A stretch of 64,000 bases of DNA from Emiliania huxleyi CCMP1516. Lineage: Eukaryota. The position numbers were made by a program, and so were the translations under genes. Below the pieces are notes generated by a model. It was given only the letters and a program-made list of their open reading frames with translations. It ran no database searches and was not told where the DNA came from. The stretch is taken from positions 62,001 to 126,000 of the forward strand of contig NW_005201202.1 in assembly GCF_000372725.1 (NCBI RefSeq), in the 5' to 3' direction. Shown here piece after piece: positions 34,273-45,903 of the stretch (positions are counted from its first letter, which is position 1; each line of letters begins with the position of its first letter).

Positions 34273-37073
34273 ATGGCAGCCCGGTCTAGCCGGCCTGTCG
34301 ACTACTATGACGGCAAGGCCGTCTCGCTGGACATCCCGGAGGCGATCCAGCGCCGCCTCTCCGTCCGCTCCTCGCTCACGCCTGATTCGGCGAAGCTTAT
34401 CCTGGTGATGGTCGGCCTTCCCGGCCGCGGCAAGTCCTTCATCGCGCACAAGCTCTCGCGCTTCCTCAACTGGACGGGCTACCAGACCGAGATCTTCAAC
34501 GCCGGCCAGAACCGGCGCGCCAACCACTCGCCCACCAACCACTCGCGCGCCGGCTTCTTTGACCCGAGCGACGCGGAGAGGAAGGCAAAGCGCGAGAGCA
34601 TCGCGATGAGCACGTTTGAGGAGCTGCTCGAGTGGCTGGCGGGCGGCGGCGAGATCGGCATCTTTGATGCCACAAACTCGAACCCGCAGAGGCGCGCCCT
34701 CCTCGTCTCACGCGCGGCCGAGTGGAAGGGTTGGAGGAGCGGAGACGCGAGCCCTGCCGCTGGGGGCGCCGGCGCGGGCGTCGCGGGCGGAGGCGGTGCC
34801 AGGTTCGGCGTGTCGATCGTCTTCATCGAGTCGATCTGCACCGACAAGTCTATCCTCGAGGCCAACATGCTCTCCAAGGTGCGCGCCTCGCCCGACTTTG
34901 CCGGCCTGAGCGAGGAGGAGGCGCTCTCCGACCTGCGGCAGCGGGTCTCGCACTACGAGGCGTCGTACGTGCCGGTGGCGGACGAGGAGGGGGCGTACAT
35001 CAAGCTCTTCGACCTCTCCTCCAAGGTGACGGCCCACCAGGTCTTCGGCCGCATGACGCAGCGCGTGCTTCCCTACATGATGAGCCTGCACATCTCGCTC
35101 CGCCCAATCTTCCTCGCCGCGCTGCCGCCCGGATACGGCGACGCCTCCTCCCGCGGTGCCCCGTGCACGCCACGCGCACGGCACGCGGCTGACGCGTCCA
35201 CGGACACGCGCAGGCGACCTCTCCTGCGAGGAGGGCGGCTGCTCCTCCCCCAACCAGTCCTTCGCGCTCCAGCTCGCCGGCTGGGTCGGCAGGCACGGAA
35301 TTAATTAAATTAAGTAAGTAAGAAGTAAGTAATCACAGCTCGCCGGCTGGGTCGGCAGGCACGGAATTAATTAATTAGCAAGTAAGAAGTAAGTAATCAC
35401 AGCTCGCCGGCTGGGTCGGCAGGCACGTAATTAATTAAATTAAGTAAGTAAGAAGTAAGTAATCACAGCTCGCCGGCTGGGTCGGCAGGCACGTAATTAA
35501 TTAAGTTAGCAAGTCCGTGATGAATGAATCACAGCTCGCGAGCTGGGTCGGCAGGCACGCGCCGTCCTCGCCCCTCCGCCTCCTCTCGTCGACGCAGGCG
35601 AGCGCGGTCGACGCGGCGAGGGTGGTCGCGCGGGACGTGCGCTCACCCGCCACCCGCCCCACACGCCCCACACACCCAAGCCACCGCCGCGCCAAGGCAG
35701 CCGCCACGCTCAAGCCCCTGCACTGCCCCGCTAGCCCTCGCCGCACCCCTCCCGCACACGCCGCACCCCTCCCGCACACTCCCGAGCCGACGCCGCGCTC
35801 GGCACCCGAAGGCCGCACTCCTCTCGCAACCCGCTGCCCCAGATGCGGCGGCGCGGCGTCGGCTGCTCTGTGACAAACGTCTCCTGCCTCAACCCGCTCG
35901 ACCGCGGTATAGTACAGTATAGCATAGCATAGTGTGGTGTAGTATAGTATAGTCTCCTGCCTCAACCCGCTCGACCGCGGCGCGAGACGCGCCCGAGACG
36001 CCGAGATTGCCAGAGATGAGCCGAGAGGAGCCGAGATTGCCAGAGATGAGCCGAGAGGAGCCGAGATTGCCAGAGATGAGCCGAGAGGAGCCGAGATTGC
36101 CAGAGATGAGCCGAGAGGAGCCGAGATTGCCAGAGATGAGCCGAGAGGAGCCGAGATTGCCAGAGATGAGCCGAGAGGAGCCGAGATTGCCAGAGATGAG
36201 CCGAGAGGAGCCGAGATTGCCAGAGTGAGCCGAGAGGAGCCGAGGTGATTAGCCTCCACTTCGTGCGTCCGCCTGCTCGAGCGCGGCGCGAGGGGGCAGC
36301 GCTGAGGCGGCGTCTCACCCTGCCGCTCGCCCACCTCGCCTGCGCGCCGCCTGCCGCAGGCTCCGAGGCGGGCGAGGACCAGTGGGCGACGCAGCGGCTC
36401 GCTTCGATGGGCTTCTCGCAGCGCTACCCGGGAGGCGAGTCCTTCGCCGACCTGGTCCGCCGCCTCGAGGCGCCGAGCAGTAGCCAGCTGCGAGAGCAGA
36501 AGCTAGGAGGTCCGGAGAGGACTCGCCTCACCTGGCCACCGCTACTCCCCTCGCAGCTAGCTTCTGCTCTCGCAGCCAGCTCCTGCTCTCGCAGCCAGCT
36601 CCTCCCCCTCCCCCCCTCCCCCCCTTAGGCGTGCGTCCTCGAGGTCGAGGCCTCGACAGAGCCGGCGACCGACCCCCGGCCGCGGACAGCGGCGCGATGC
36701 GGCCGTCCTCACCTCGCCCTATGGCGGCGCTGGTAGGTGCTCATCGTGGCGCACGCGACGCCGTGCCGCGCTCTGCGCGCATATTTCCTCGGCTTGCCGG
36801 TCGCGGAGTGCATGTGCGCCGCGTCGAGCCGACGCGGCGGAGGCGACCCTCTCCACGGCTGTGACGCGTCCATGACACGTCCATGCCAGGTGCCCGGCGT
36901 CGAGCCGCGCGGCGGAGGCGCTGGCGAACGCGTCGCGCTCCGTGGTCGAGCTGCTGCCGGCGCTGTTTGGCAAGTGGAGTGAGGAGATCCACACGCTCGA
37001 GGAGCGCGGCGAGAACAGCGAGGTGCTCAGTCTCGATGACGCCGTCTTCAGCCTCGAGGGGCAGGTGGGATGA
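34273..37073 (+). CDS. 6-phosphofructo-2-kinase/fructose-2,6-bisphosphatase family protein (multi-exon; phosphatase RHG absent)
   Basis: VMVGLPGRGKS, FNAGQNRR, IFDATNS, FIESICTD, SPDF, YIKLFD, RYPGGESFADLVRRLE, VLIVAH; stop at 37071-37073. Confidence 0.88.
35270..35560 (+). repeat. ~65-bp tandem repeat of an exon-like unit plus AT-rich spacer inside the PFK-2 gene
   Basis: cagctcgccggctgggtcggcaggcacg repeated 5 times (last copy variant), separated by aattaatt/taagtaag tracts. Confidence 0.9.
35995..36245 (+). repeat. 30-bp intronic minisatellite
   Basis: ccgagattgccagagatgagccgagaggag repeated about 8 times. Confidence 0.95.
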
Positions 37074-37421
37074 GCGCGCTCTTGCGCCCTGTTTGACCAG
37101 TACTAACGTATGTGGTACGTACAGGTGCTTCCATGCGGTGGTGTGCGCGGCACGTGACACTGGTCCGCGACGGCACGCGCGTTATTTGTGTGCCGCACAC
37201 ACCTTGTAGTTGTACCTTCTCGTGCTGTGGTGTGTGGAGCATGCTCTTTTTCGGGGGAGATTTTTTCGCATTGACCATTGTCGATTGTGTCGATGATTTT
37301 GTGTTTTTTCGCCACACAAAGTGCCACACACGCGCCTGTACGACGGCTTTTTTTATCGTGAGGCTGTAATGTGTAACATGTCGTAAACAAGCTCGGTGTA
37401 TTGAATTGTGGAGCTGGGGGG

Positions 37422-38135
37422 CCGAGCGTTTTTGATCTATCTGCACTCCCTGGGTGATTGGGCGCCCGCCCACCGCCTCTGAGGGGGTCGGGCCCCCTCT
37501 AGACTGAAAACAAAAACAAAATCGAGAAACAGTAAAAAACAACCTGCGAGAGCGGCGCTGCGCGCCGCCTACTAGCTGCTTCGTGACTGAGATCTGAGTA
37601 TCTAGATAACCCCAAACGGCATCCCAAAAAACGTGTAACAACCGAGACCACATCAGAGGCGGATGGGCGCACGCACCCGCGCAGCGCCGCAAAGAAGCTG
37701 GCGACGGCAATGCGCTTCATGATGAAGGAGCTCAACCGGTTCGAGGACGAGATGACATCGAGGATGTCATGTTGCGCGACGGCGTCATCCATTTCGTCAA
37801 GCCACATTCATCGTGACCGTCGCCACCCTCGCCGCCGTCTCGCCTACGTCGCCGCCGTCGCCATCATGGGCCTCGCTGCCGAGACGGTGCTGTTGCATCT
37901 GACTCAACTCTCCCACCCCCCCTGGCTCCTATGCCGACGTGTCCCGTGCTCCCCCGTCCGCAGATGTCTCTGCTGTGCCGCCCGGCGGAGCTCTGCGGCG
38001 GGCCCTGGCCTCCTCGCCGCCTTCGCTGCTGCTGTCTGTTTTCTGTTTTCTGTTTTTCAAAACGCCCGCCCGCCCGCCACCCCGACGCCCGAGGCGGCTC
38101 GGCCCCCCACTCAGCCAGAGATCAAAAACGCTCGG
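37422..38135. mobile_element. Possible foldback element
   Basis: 17-bp perfect inverted repeat ccgagcgtttttgatct at 37422-37438 and 38119-38135, with inverted A-rich/T-rich subterminal tracts. Confidence 0.4.
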
Positions 38136-38262
38136 GGCCAGGCCCGGGTAAAAAATTAAAAGGGGGTATAGCGTATACGTACATCTGACATGCACATGCA
38201 CATGTCCATGTCCATGTGCATGGTTGTGCATGTGCATGGACCAGGAGTGAGCGCTGTAATGA

Positions 38263-39336
38263 TAGGGTGCCCACAGGACCCAAAAAAAGAAAAGAAAAAG
38301 AAATGGGGCAACCCCGATCGCAGCACTTCGTGTTGGAGAGTCGAGATATTGAGAGTGTGACTAGGAGGGAGGGACGCTGGGGATTCTCAAAGGTATACCC
38401 TTGGAATGGCCGGATCCAGCCTTAAAAGTACGTGTACGAGATCGCGCGCGCTTCACGCACAGCACCGCCTGTTCTCCGCGGTTGTGTGACGACGCGTGCC
38501 GTGTGCTAGCAGAGTTGGGCGCGTCGCGGCGCGACGGCGCCCGCGAGGGAAGGCGCGGGTGCAGCGGCCGCCGGCGGCCGTACCGCCCGCCAGCCGGCGC
38601 AGCAGCGGCCAGCGCAGCGGCCGCCGGCGCAGCAGCCAGAGCAGCCGGTGCGCGCCTCTTGCGAGGCGAGTACTGCCGTCCGGCAGCCTTGAGGCGGCCG
38701 GGCGAGGCGGCCGGGCGGCAGTACTCGTTCGAACTTTGCGAGCCGTGCGCGCGCCGAGGCGCGCGCGGCGCGCGCCCGCCCGGCTGCCAGTAGGGGGCGG
38801 CGCAATATGGCCTATAGTACAGCCCTGAGGAGAAGGAAGAGGCTGGCTGGCAATGCTGTATGCCGCCGAGGGCCATTTTTGGGGTGCTGACCCACGCCCA
38901 GGGGGCTTCAAAAAGGGGTCCCCAAGCCGGGAAAACCCGCCCCCCCCCATCCGAGGCCGGTCGAAGCCCACTTGGGCACAGCCATGAGGAGTCCTCTTGG
39001 TGCTCCTCGCGGCCGTTTGAACCTCGGGCGCGCGCCGATGGGGGGGGGGGGGGGGGTCTTGCTTGCTCCACACCGAGCGCCATCGGTCCGGACCGGCCCG
39101 GCGTGCCCACCGAGGGTCGGCTTGCACAAGGTCTGAGCCGCGGGCGCTCGGCGCCAAGTGCAGTGTCACGCTCGCACTGGAGCGGGTCACAATGGGAAAC
39201 CCTCGTTTCCTATGTACTCGGTCCCCCAACGGAAGAGGCCTCGCTCCTATTGGAACACTCCCAACATCAGACGTTGCCTCGTGCGTCCCTTTTTGAGGCG
39301 GAAAGCTATTTTCTTTTGGGTCCTGTGGGCACCCTA
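38263..39336. mobile_element. Non-autonomous DNA transposon with 23-bp TIRs and a 7-bp TSD
   Basis: TIR tagggtgcccacaggacccaaaa at both ends; TSD gtaatga at 38256-38262 and 39337-39343; solo TIR copy at ~12041. Confidence 0.85.
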
Positions 39337-39621
39337 GTAATGAGTGCGTCTGATAAAAGACAGACCCGCGGAGACCCGCGCCCACATCGGATCGCACTGT
39401 ATCCGTCACCGCCACAGACCCACCGCCACTCGACTACGGCTCTCTCTCTCGAGGAGGACCGAGAGAGAATGCGGAGTGACGGAGCACAAGAGACATCACA
39501 GTAGAGAGGGAGAGGCACAGAACAGGGAGAACCAACGAAACATGGAAACATGGACGACGCGAGGGGAGCAGGCAATCGCTCCCTCGACATTGGTCATTGC
39601 GACGGCAGCGCAACGCGCGCC

Positions 39622-42600
39622 TTAGTAGCAGTCGGACTGCCCCGACCAGCCAGCAAACGGCATCGGCGCAAAGACGGATCCCGTGGCCTCGTCCTCGGTG
39701 AGGACGAGGATGCGGGCCACCGCCTTCATGTGCTCGGTGCTGAGGGGCGTGCCGACGCCAAAGTAGTAGCGCAGCTGGTCCGAGTCGGGCCGGTAGCCCG
39801 GGTAGAGGGCGAGCGAGTTCCAAAAACAGTCCTTGGCGCCCTCGTTGTACATGTTTGCGCGGATGGTCGCCTCGCGGCGCAGCGCGCTCCGTATGCGCTC
39901 GACGCACAGCGGGTCCGTGGACGGCGCCTGCAGGAAGCGGCAGTTCGTGCCGAGCACCTGCGCCGGCTTGAAGCCCGTGACGCGCTCGAAGCCGCCCGAG
40001 AGCCACACCAGCGGCTGGTCTGCAGCCGCCATGTCGACGAGCGTGACCATCAGGTTGAGCGAGTGCAGCGCCGCCACCATCGCAACCTCGAAACCGCGCC
40101 CGTTGAACCAGAGCCACGAGCGGGGCGCCTGCGTGCGTGCGTGCGTGCGCGGCACGCGCGTGAGCGACGCGGCGAAAGGAGGGGCGCGGGGCTGGCGCGC
40201 GCGCCCGGTGGTGGTAGAGCGAGCACAAGTCTGGCCCCCCGATCTTGGGAGGCCGCGCCGCGAGCGGCGCCTGCGGCCAGTTCATGTCATGCAGCAGCGC
40301 CGCGATGTAGGCTTTCGACTCGTAGATGAACCGCGAGAGCGAGAGCAGCAGGCAGCGGTGGCGGCCGTCCGCGCACTGCACGTGCAGCGGCGTCGTCGAC
40401 GGCTGCCCCTGCAGCGCCGCGCGAATGGCGGCGAGCGGGTCGATGGCAGCCCCCTCCGCCTCGGGGTTGGGCGTCGACCAGTGGCCGTCCGCCTCCTCCT
40501 CCGGTTGCACGAGCAGCGAGCGCAGCAGCGGCTCGAGCCTGCCCTTGAGCACCGTCTGGCCTACGGCGCGGCGCAATCAGACGTCACCGCCCCCGCCGCG
40601 GCAGCCTTTCCTCGAGAGCCGCGAGCCGCGCCCTCCACCCCGACCAGCGCCGCGAAGGTGTCCGAGCAGAGCATCACCGGCAGCGCCTCGCCGCCGCCCT
40701 CGTCCACCGCCTCGCACAGCGCCACGCCCTCGCCGCGGCAGTAGGCCAGCTGCGAGAGCACCTTGCGCTGGTAGTGCGCCTGCATCTCCCCCTTGAGCGC
40801 CACCTGCCCGGCGCGGAGGAGGCGCGGCGTGGGGGCAGGGGCGGGGAGGCGCTCTCGCCGCCTGCTTCGGCGCCGCCTCTTCACTCGCCGGCGTCGACAC
40901 TCCAAGTGCCGCGACGACGCGGATAAACTTGTTGTCTCGCCAGCGCCCCATGACCGAGAGCCGGAGCCGCACCGTGGCGGGGCCCGCGTCGGCGGGCGCG
41001 GGCGTGTGCCGCGTGCCCCGCCACTGCTTGCCCTCCCCTTGCGCGAGCAGCTGCATCCGCAGCGCCTCCTCGTCCCAGAAGCACACGTGGTCCACGACCT
41101 TGCCGCCGCGGATCGTGTCGACGGCGATGCCTGCGCAGCGGGAGGCCCGCGGTGAGCGGGCGCGAGGCGGAGGAGGCGCCGCCCATGGCCTCGGCCCCGC
41201 CCGCCTTGCGTGCGGACGGTCTGGTACGTCGGCGCGAGCGCGGCGTACGACCCGTCCGCGAGTCGCGTGTGGTAGTCGCCGCTGTGCGAGCCGGTCCACT
41301 GCCACGTGGTGATGACCTCGTCCGCCTTGCAAGTCTGCTCCAGGATCTCGAAGCGCAAGTCTCCAAAGGCGAGGGCGAGCAGGCCGCGCGAGTCGAGGAA
41401 GGCCTCGAGCCCGTTCGCCTGCGCCGCGCCGCGCGCGTGCTCGGGGAGGGGGCGGGGCGGGGGCGGGCCGAGGCGGAGTGCATCTCGGGCGGATTCCGGG
41501 TGCACCCCGGGGTGCACCTCGTCTGGATCTCGTCTGGATCTCGGGTGGATCTCGGGTGGATCTCGGGTGCGGCTCGCCGACGCGAGCGACTCGGAGCAGG
41601 GGCAGCGCGGGCCCTTGTGCGCGAACGAGGCCATCGGCGTGAAGAGGGAGCGCAGCTCCGCGTCGTCGGCGCGCGGCGCCATGTACGCGTACTCGTAGAG
41701 GCGGCGCGCGGCCGCCTTGCGCCGCTCGCTGCTGGTGACGTCGCGCATCGTCATGGTGATGAGCACCTCGCGCTGCAGCGGCGTCGATGGCGTGCCCGCC
41801 TGCTCCTGCGGCTTGAGGGCGTCGAGCGTGCNNNNNNNNNNNNNNNNNNNNNNNNNNNNNNNNNNNNNNNNNNNNNNNNNNNNNNNNNNNNNNNNNNNNN
41901 NNNNNNNNNNNNNNNNNNNNNNNNNNNNNNNNNNNNNNNNNNNNNNNNNNNNNNNNNNNNNNNNNNNNNNNNNNNNNNNNNNNNNNNNNNNNNNNNNNNN
42001 NNNNNNNNNNNNNNNNNNNNNNNNNNNNNNNNNNNNNNNNNNNNNNNNNNNNNNNNNNNNNNNTCCAAACTACATCACACTTTCTTCTATGAATAATAAA
42101 TGGGAGAAGGAGGTGCTCCAGGGGGGGGTCAGGCGAGGGCAGAGGAGGTGTGTGTGTGTGTGGTCGGTGAGTGTGGCCGAGTCGCTCCTCCGAGGCGAGC
42201 CGGTCGAGGAGCGAGTGGAAGGCGGCGGCGAAGCGCGGCCGGTCGTCTGTCTCGATGAAGGAGTCGTGCGAGAGGAGGTTGAGACCGAGCAGCACGTGCA
42301 TGCTGCCCGACGAGTGGCCGAGCAGCTGCAGCAGCCGGCGCGAGACGGACCAGATCGTGCCGTCGGGCGTGATCTCGAGGGAGAGGAGGTAGTTAGCGCC
42401 TACACTCGCGCCAAAGCTCGCGTCATCTCGGGCGGTGCCGGGCGGGCCCAAGCCGAGGCGGCGCTTGCGCCATCGCTCGGCGAGACGGGAGACAGGGCGA
42501 AGTTAGCGGGAGACCCCCCCCCCTCGGCCGGCGCCAGCCTCGCCGGCTCGCTCGGCGGCCTCCTCTCTCCGGGCGCACGCCACGGCGTGAAGACGTCGCG

Positions 42601-44233
42601 GAAGACGTCGTGCCTGACGAATCAAAGTTCAAGAACGAATCATGAGAAGAAGCAGAAGAAGAAGACACGCCCCTGCAGACGTCGCGCCTCCTCGCCGCCT
42701 CAGGACCGCCCGTCGGCGAGCCGTTGCTCGCTCCGTCCGGCGCGACCGGAGAGCCGTCGCGGTCCCGGGCGACGGAGAGCACGCACGGCGCGGGGATCTG
42801 CTTGGCGAGGAGGGCGTCCCAGCTGAGCCCGTCGAAGAACGGGTGCGCCTTGACCGCCGCGGGACCGCCGGTCGCACCGCCGCCTCCTCCTCCGCCGCCC
42901 GGGTCGGCCGCTCCGGCGGGCTGCGGCGCCGTCGAGCCGAGGCGGGAGGAGGGCTGCTTGGCGAGGAGTCGCGAGACAAGGCTGTCGGCCTCGGGGCTGC
43001 GGGCGGGAGGGAGGGAGGGGCAGGGAGGGAGGGAGGGAGGGAGGGGGTGAGGGAGGGAGGGAGGGAGAGGGGGGAGGGAGAGGGAGAGAGGAGAGAGGAG
43101 AGAGGAGAGAGGAGAGAGGAGAGGGGGAGGGGGAGAGGGGGAGGGGGAGAGGGAGAGGGAGAGGGAGAGGGAGAGGGAGGGGGAGAGGGAGGCGCAGCGG
43201 GCGGGACCTGCAGCTGGGCGGGAGCCGGACCTCCTCGCGGGTGATGCGACGCATCATCACGTGCAGACTCTCGTCGCGGAAGGCGGACTCGCCTGCCCGC
43301 AGAGAGGGAGGGCTTGAGGCGCCGCATGTGTGCCTCGCGGGCTGCTGGTGGGCGGGAGGCGGAGGGCGGGAGGCGGAGGGCGGAGGAGGGCGGAGGAGAG
43401 GTCGCCGGTGAGCATCTCAAAGACGAGGCAGCCGAGGGTCCACCAGTCGACAGAGGAGTCGTACTGGCTGCCCTGCAGCACCTGCTCGCACAGTCGAGCG
43501 CGGGGGGCTCCGGCGTCAACTCACGGGCGGGGCGGGGCGAGGCGGCGTGGGGCGGGGCGGCGGGGCGGCGGGGCGGCGGGGCGTGGCGGCGTGGCGGCGC
43601 CTCCGGCGCGATGTACTCTGGCGTGCCGCAGATGGTGCCGCAGAGGGCGGGGCGGCCACCCTCGCCGCCCGTCTCCTTGGACATGCCAAAGTCTGTCAGC
43701 TTGAGGTGCCCGTCGATGCCAACCATCACGTTCTCCGGCTTGAGGTCGCGGTACACCACGCCCGAGCCGTGGACGTGCTCGAGCGCGAGCACTATCTCTC
43801 CGGCGTACACGCGCGCCCACTCCTCGGGGAAGGAGCCCTGCTGCTCGAGCAGCGTGAACATGTCGCCACCGCCCACGTAGTCCATCACCAGGTAGAGGTG
43901 GTCCACGTCCTGGAACGCGAACTGCAGCGACACCACAAACGGGTGCGGCCGCGACGCCATGTGCTCGAGCACGCGCTTCTCGGAGAGCGCCTGAGCGACG
44001 GACTGCTGGCCCTGCCGCAGCAGCTTCTCTTTAAGCACGCACTTCATCGCGTAGAGCTGCCGGTTCGCTCGCCGCGTCACCATCATCACTCGGCCAAACT
44101 GGCCCTCACCGAGCATGCCGTGGACTTCAAAGCTGTCAAGCGAGATGTCGTCCAGCGCACGTGGAGAGGAGGCCGTTGGACCCGTCGACGAGCCAGCAGG
44201 CGAGGTCGTCCTCACCGGAGGGAGCTCCGACAT
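39622..44233 (-). CDS. Multi-exon AGC-type Ser/Thr kinase - PAS - SnoaL-like - PAS-like - LOV protein (candidate photoreceptor kinase)
   Basis: Kinase motifs LGEGQFG, YAMK, YRDLKPEN, DFG, GTPEYIAPE, DWWTLG, HPFF. PAS closing motif RDVT. SnoaL-like AFGDLRFEI...WQWTGSHSG...GIAVDTIRGGKVVDH. LOV GTNCRFLQ at 39928-39951. The model crosses an N gap. Confidence 0.7.
41832..42063. other. Assembly gap (232 N)
   Basis: Run of n characters. Confidence 1.
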
Positions 44234-44444
44234 GCGAGCCCGCCAGGATGCAATCGGAAAGTTTTTTTTTCAGAACATCGCTGACGATGCTTTTCGAATG
44301 AATGGGCGGGGTGTGCTTTTGTGTGAACGCAGACTAAGGAATCACTTTCAAGCGTGACGCCTAGCTAGAGCTCACACTCGATAGAGGCCGTCATCGCATT
44401 CCCAGATTCCCACAAGAATCTCAAACAACAAAAAACTCGACAAC

Positions 44445-44790
44445 ACATCCTACGCCTTCGGCAACACCGAAGAGAAGGCCCGCCGCCTAAACATGGGCTG
44501 CAAGGCGCGCGGGCAGCCCGGCCAACCCTTCTCCCACAAGACCGGCCACGGCTACGTCAAGGCGCATCGCGGTTTCTTTCTACCACGACGCGATCTTTGT
44601 CAAGCGCAACAACTTCAACCTGCTGCTCCACGAGACGTTCGGCGGCGGCTTCTCGCCCACCGCCGTTGCTCAAGCTGCGCCGCCTCGCGCGCAAAGTCGC
44701 GCGCGGCAGCGTTGACCGCACAGCCTACTCGCCCAAGTACTCTCGCTCTCTTTTATGTCCCACCATGCAGAGCGCATCTCTCCTCTCTGT
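44445..44790 (+). pseudogene. Frameshifted remnant of a non-LTR retrotransposon C-terminus (restriction-like endonuclease region, CRE/R2-like)
   Basis: Broken frames give GNTEEKAR...LLLHETFGGGFSP..LRRLARK...DRTAY...HHAERIS, resembling the E..K...ET.G...L..LA...RLS pattern of RLE-type elements. Confidence 0.45.
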
Positions 44791-44892
44791 TGTGCCCCCC
44801 CCAATGAACACACCAGTGAGGGAGGGCGAGACGATCGAGGGGTCCCGTACCATGCGGAATCGACCCTATCCAGTGCTCAAGTGCTCTGTTGT

Positions 44893-45118
44893 GCGAGGCG
44901 TGAACCGCGCCATTCGCTCTCACCTGGCAACCCTGTCGGAACGTCTCGCGCGCGCGTGAACAGGGCAACCACCATAAAGATCTATCTGCAGGGGCAGCTT
45001 TTCTCTTGCAGATTACTACATACCACACAATCCAAAAACAAAATGCGAGGCGTGAACCGCGCCATTCGCTCTCACCTGGCAACCCTGTCTGCACGTCTCG
45101 CGCGCGCGTGAACAGGGC
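44893..45118 (+). repeat. ~73-bp direct repeat, 2 copies
   Basis: gcgaggcgtgaaccgcgccattcgctctcacctggcaaccctgtc...cgtgaacagggc at ~44893-44966 and ~45044-45118. Confidence 0.9.
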
Positions 45119-45484
45119 CCGTTGAGGTGTCCATCTTATGTGCAGGGGGGCTACAACTGTAGCGCGTCGGCAGGATCCCCCAAAACCGTCGTAAACCCCC
45201 CCAAATTGAATTCGACCGCCCCGTCGCGAGCACGCCGCCCTCGCCCCCGCCACCTTCCCCCCCGCCGCCATCCCCACCGCCGCCGTCGCCGCCGCCCCCG
45301 TCACCGCCACCGCCCTCGCCGCCCCCTCCATCGCCCCCGCCGCCGTCGCCCCCTCCGCCTTCCCCGCCTCTCGACCCCGCCTCCTCCATCGTTAGTTAGG
45401 AAGGTGAAGAACAGCCAGGCTCGGACTGGACACCAACGCGGTATGGGTGGACGCTAGTGGCTAGACAGATGATGCCGGAGCCCA

Positions 45485-45583
45485 GAAAGAAAGAACACAG
45501 ACAACCCAAGGGAGGGATGGGAGGACGGCACGCCGCCACCACACAGGACAAACAAACAAAACAAATCTCTCTCTCTCTCACAG
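45485..45583 (-). mobile_element. ~100-nt retro-tail micro-insertion
   Basis: Dispersed module cccaagggagggatgggaggacggcacgccgccacca with a (TTTC)n-type tail, flanked by the 14-bp TSD gatgccggagccca at 45471-45484 and 45584-45597. Confidence 0.75.
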
Positions 45584-45903
45584 GATGCCGGAGCCCATAA
45601 ACAAATAGAGCAGTCAACCCCTTGGTGGGATTAGGGCAGCAACTCGACGGGCAGACCCCGCCCCGTTCGGAGGGCGTGCACCACACAGCACACAGACTTA
45701 TCTAGGCACTGCACGGCTCCTCGGGATTTCTGGAGCGTCCTGAAATTTCTTTTGCGCCTTGCCGGGAAATGGCGTAGCTGTGAGCGCTGTCAGAGCGGTG
45801 TTTCGACACCGATATCGTTCGAGGTTTTGCGCGATCGGGCCCCACCACTGTCCACGGCCACTCATATCTCTGGGCAGAGCGCGATCGCGAACACCCACCT
45901 CCC

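Noticed and set aside
35270..35560. CRISPR-like repeat/spacer pattern
   Set aside because: The spacers are near-copies of each other and the repeat is exon-derived sequence.
39622..44233. Calling the gene phototropin or aureochrome
   Set aside because: Domain order is reversed, only one Cys-bearing LOV is present, and there is no bZIP.
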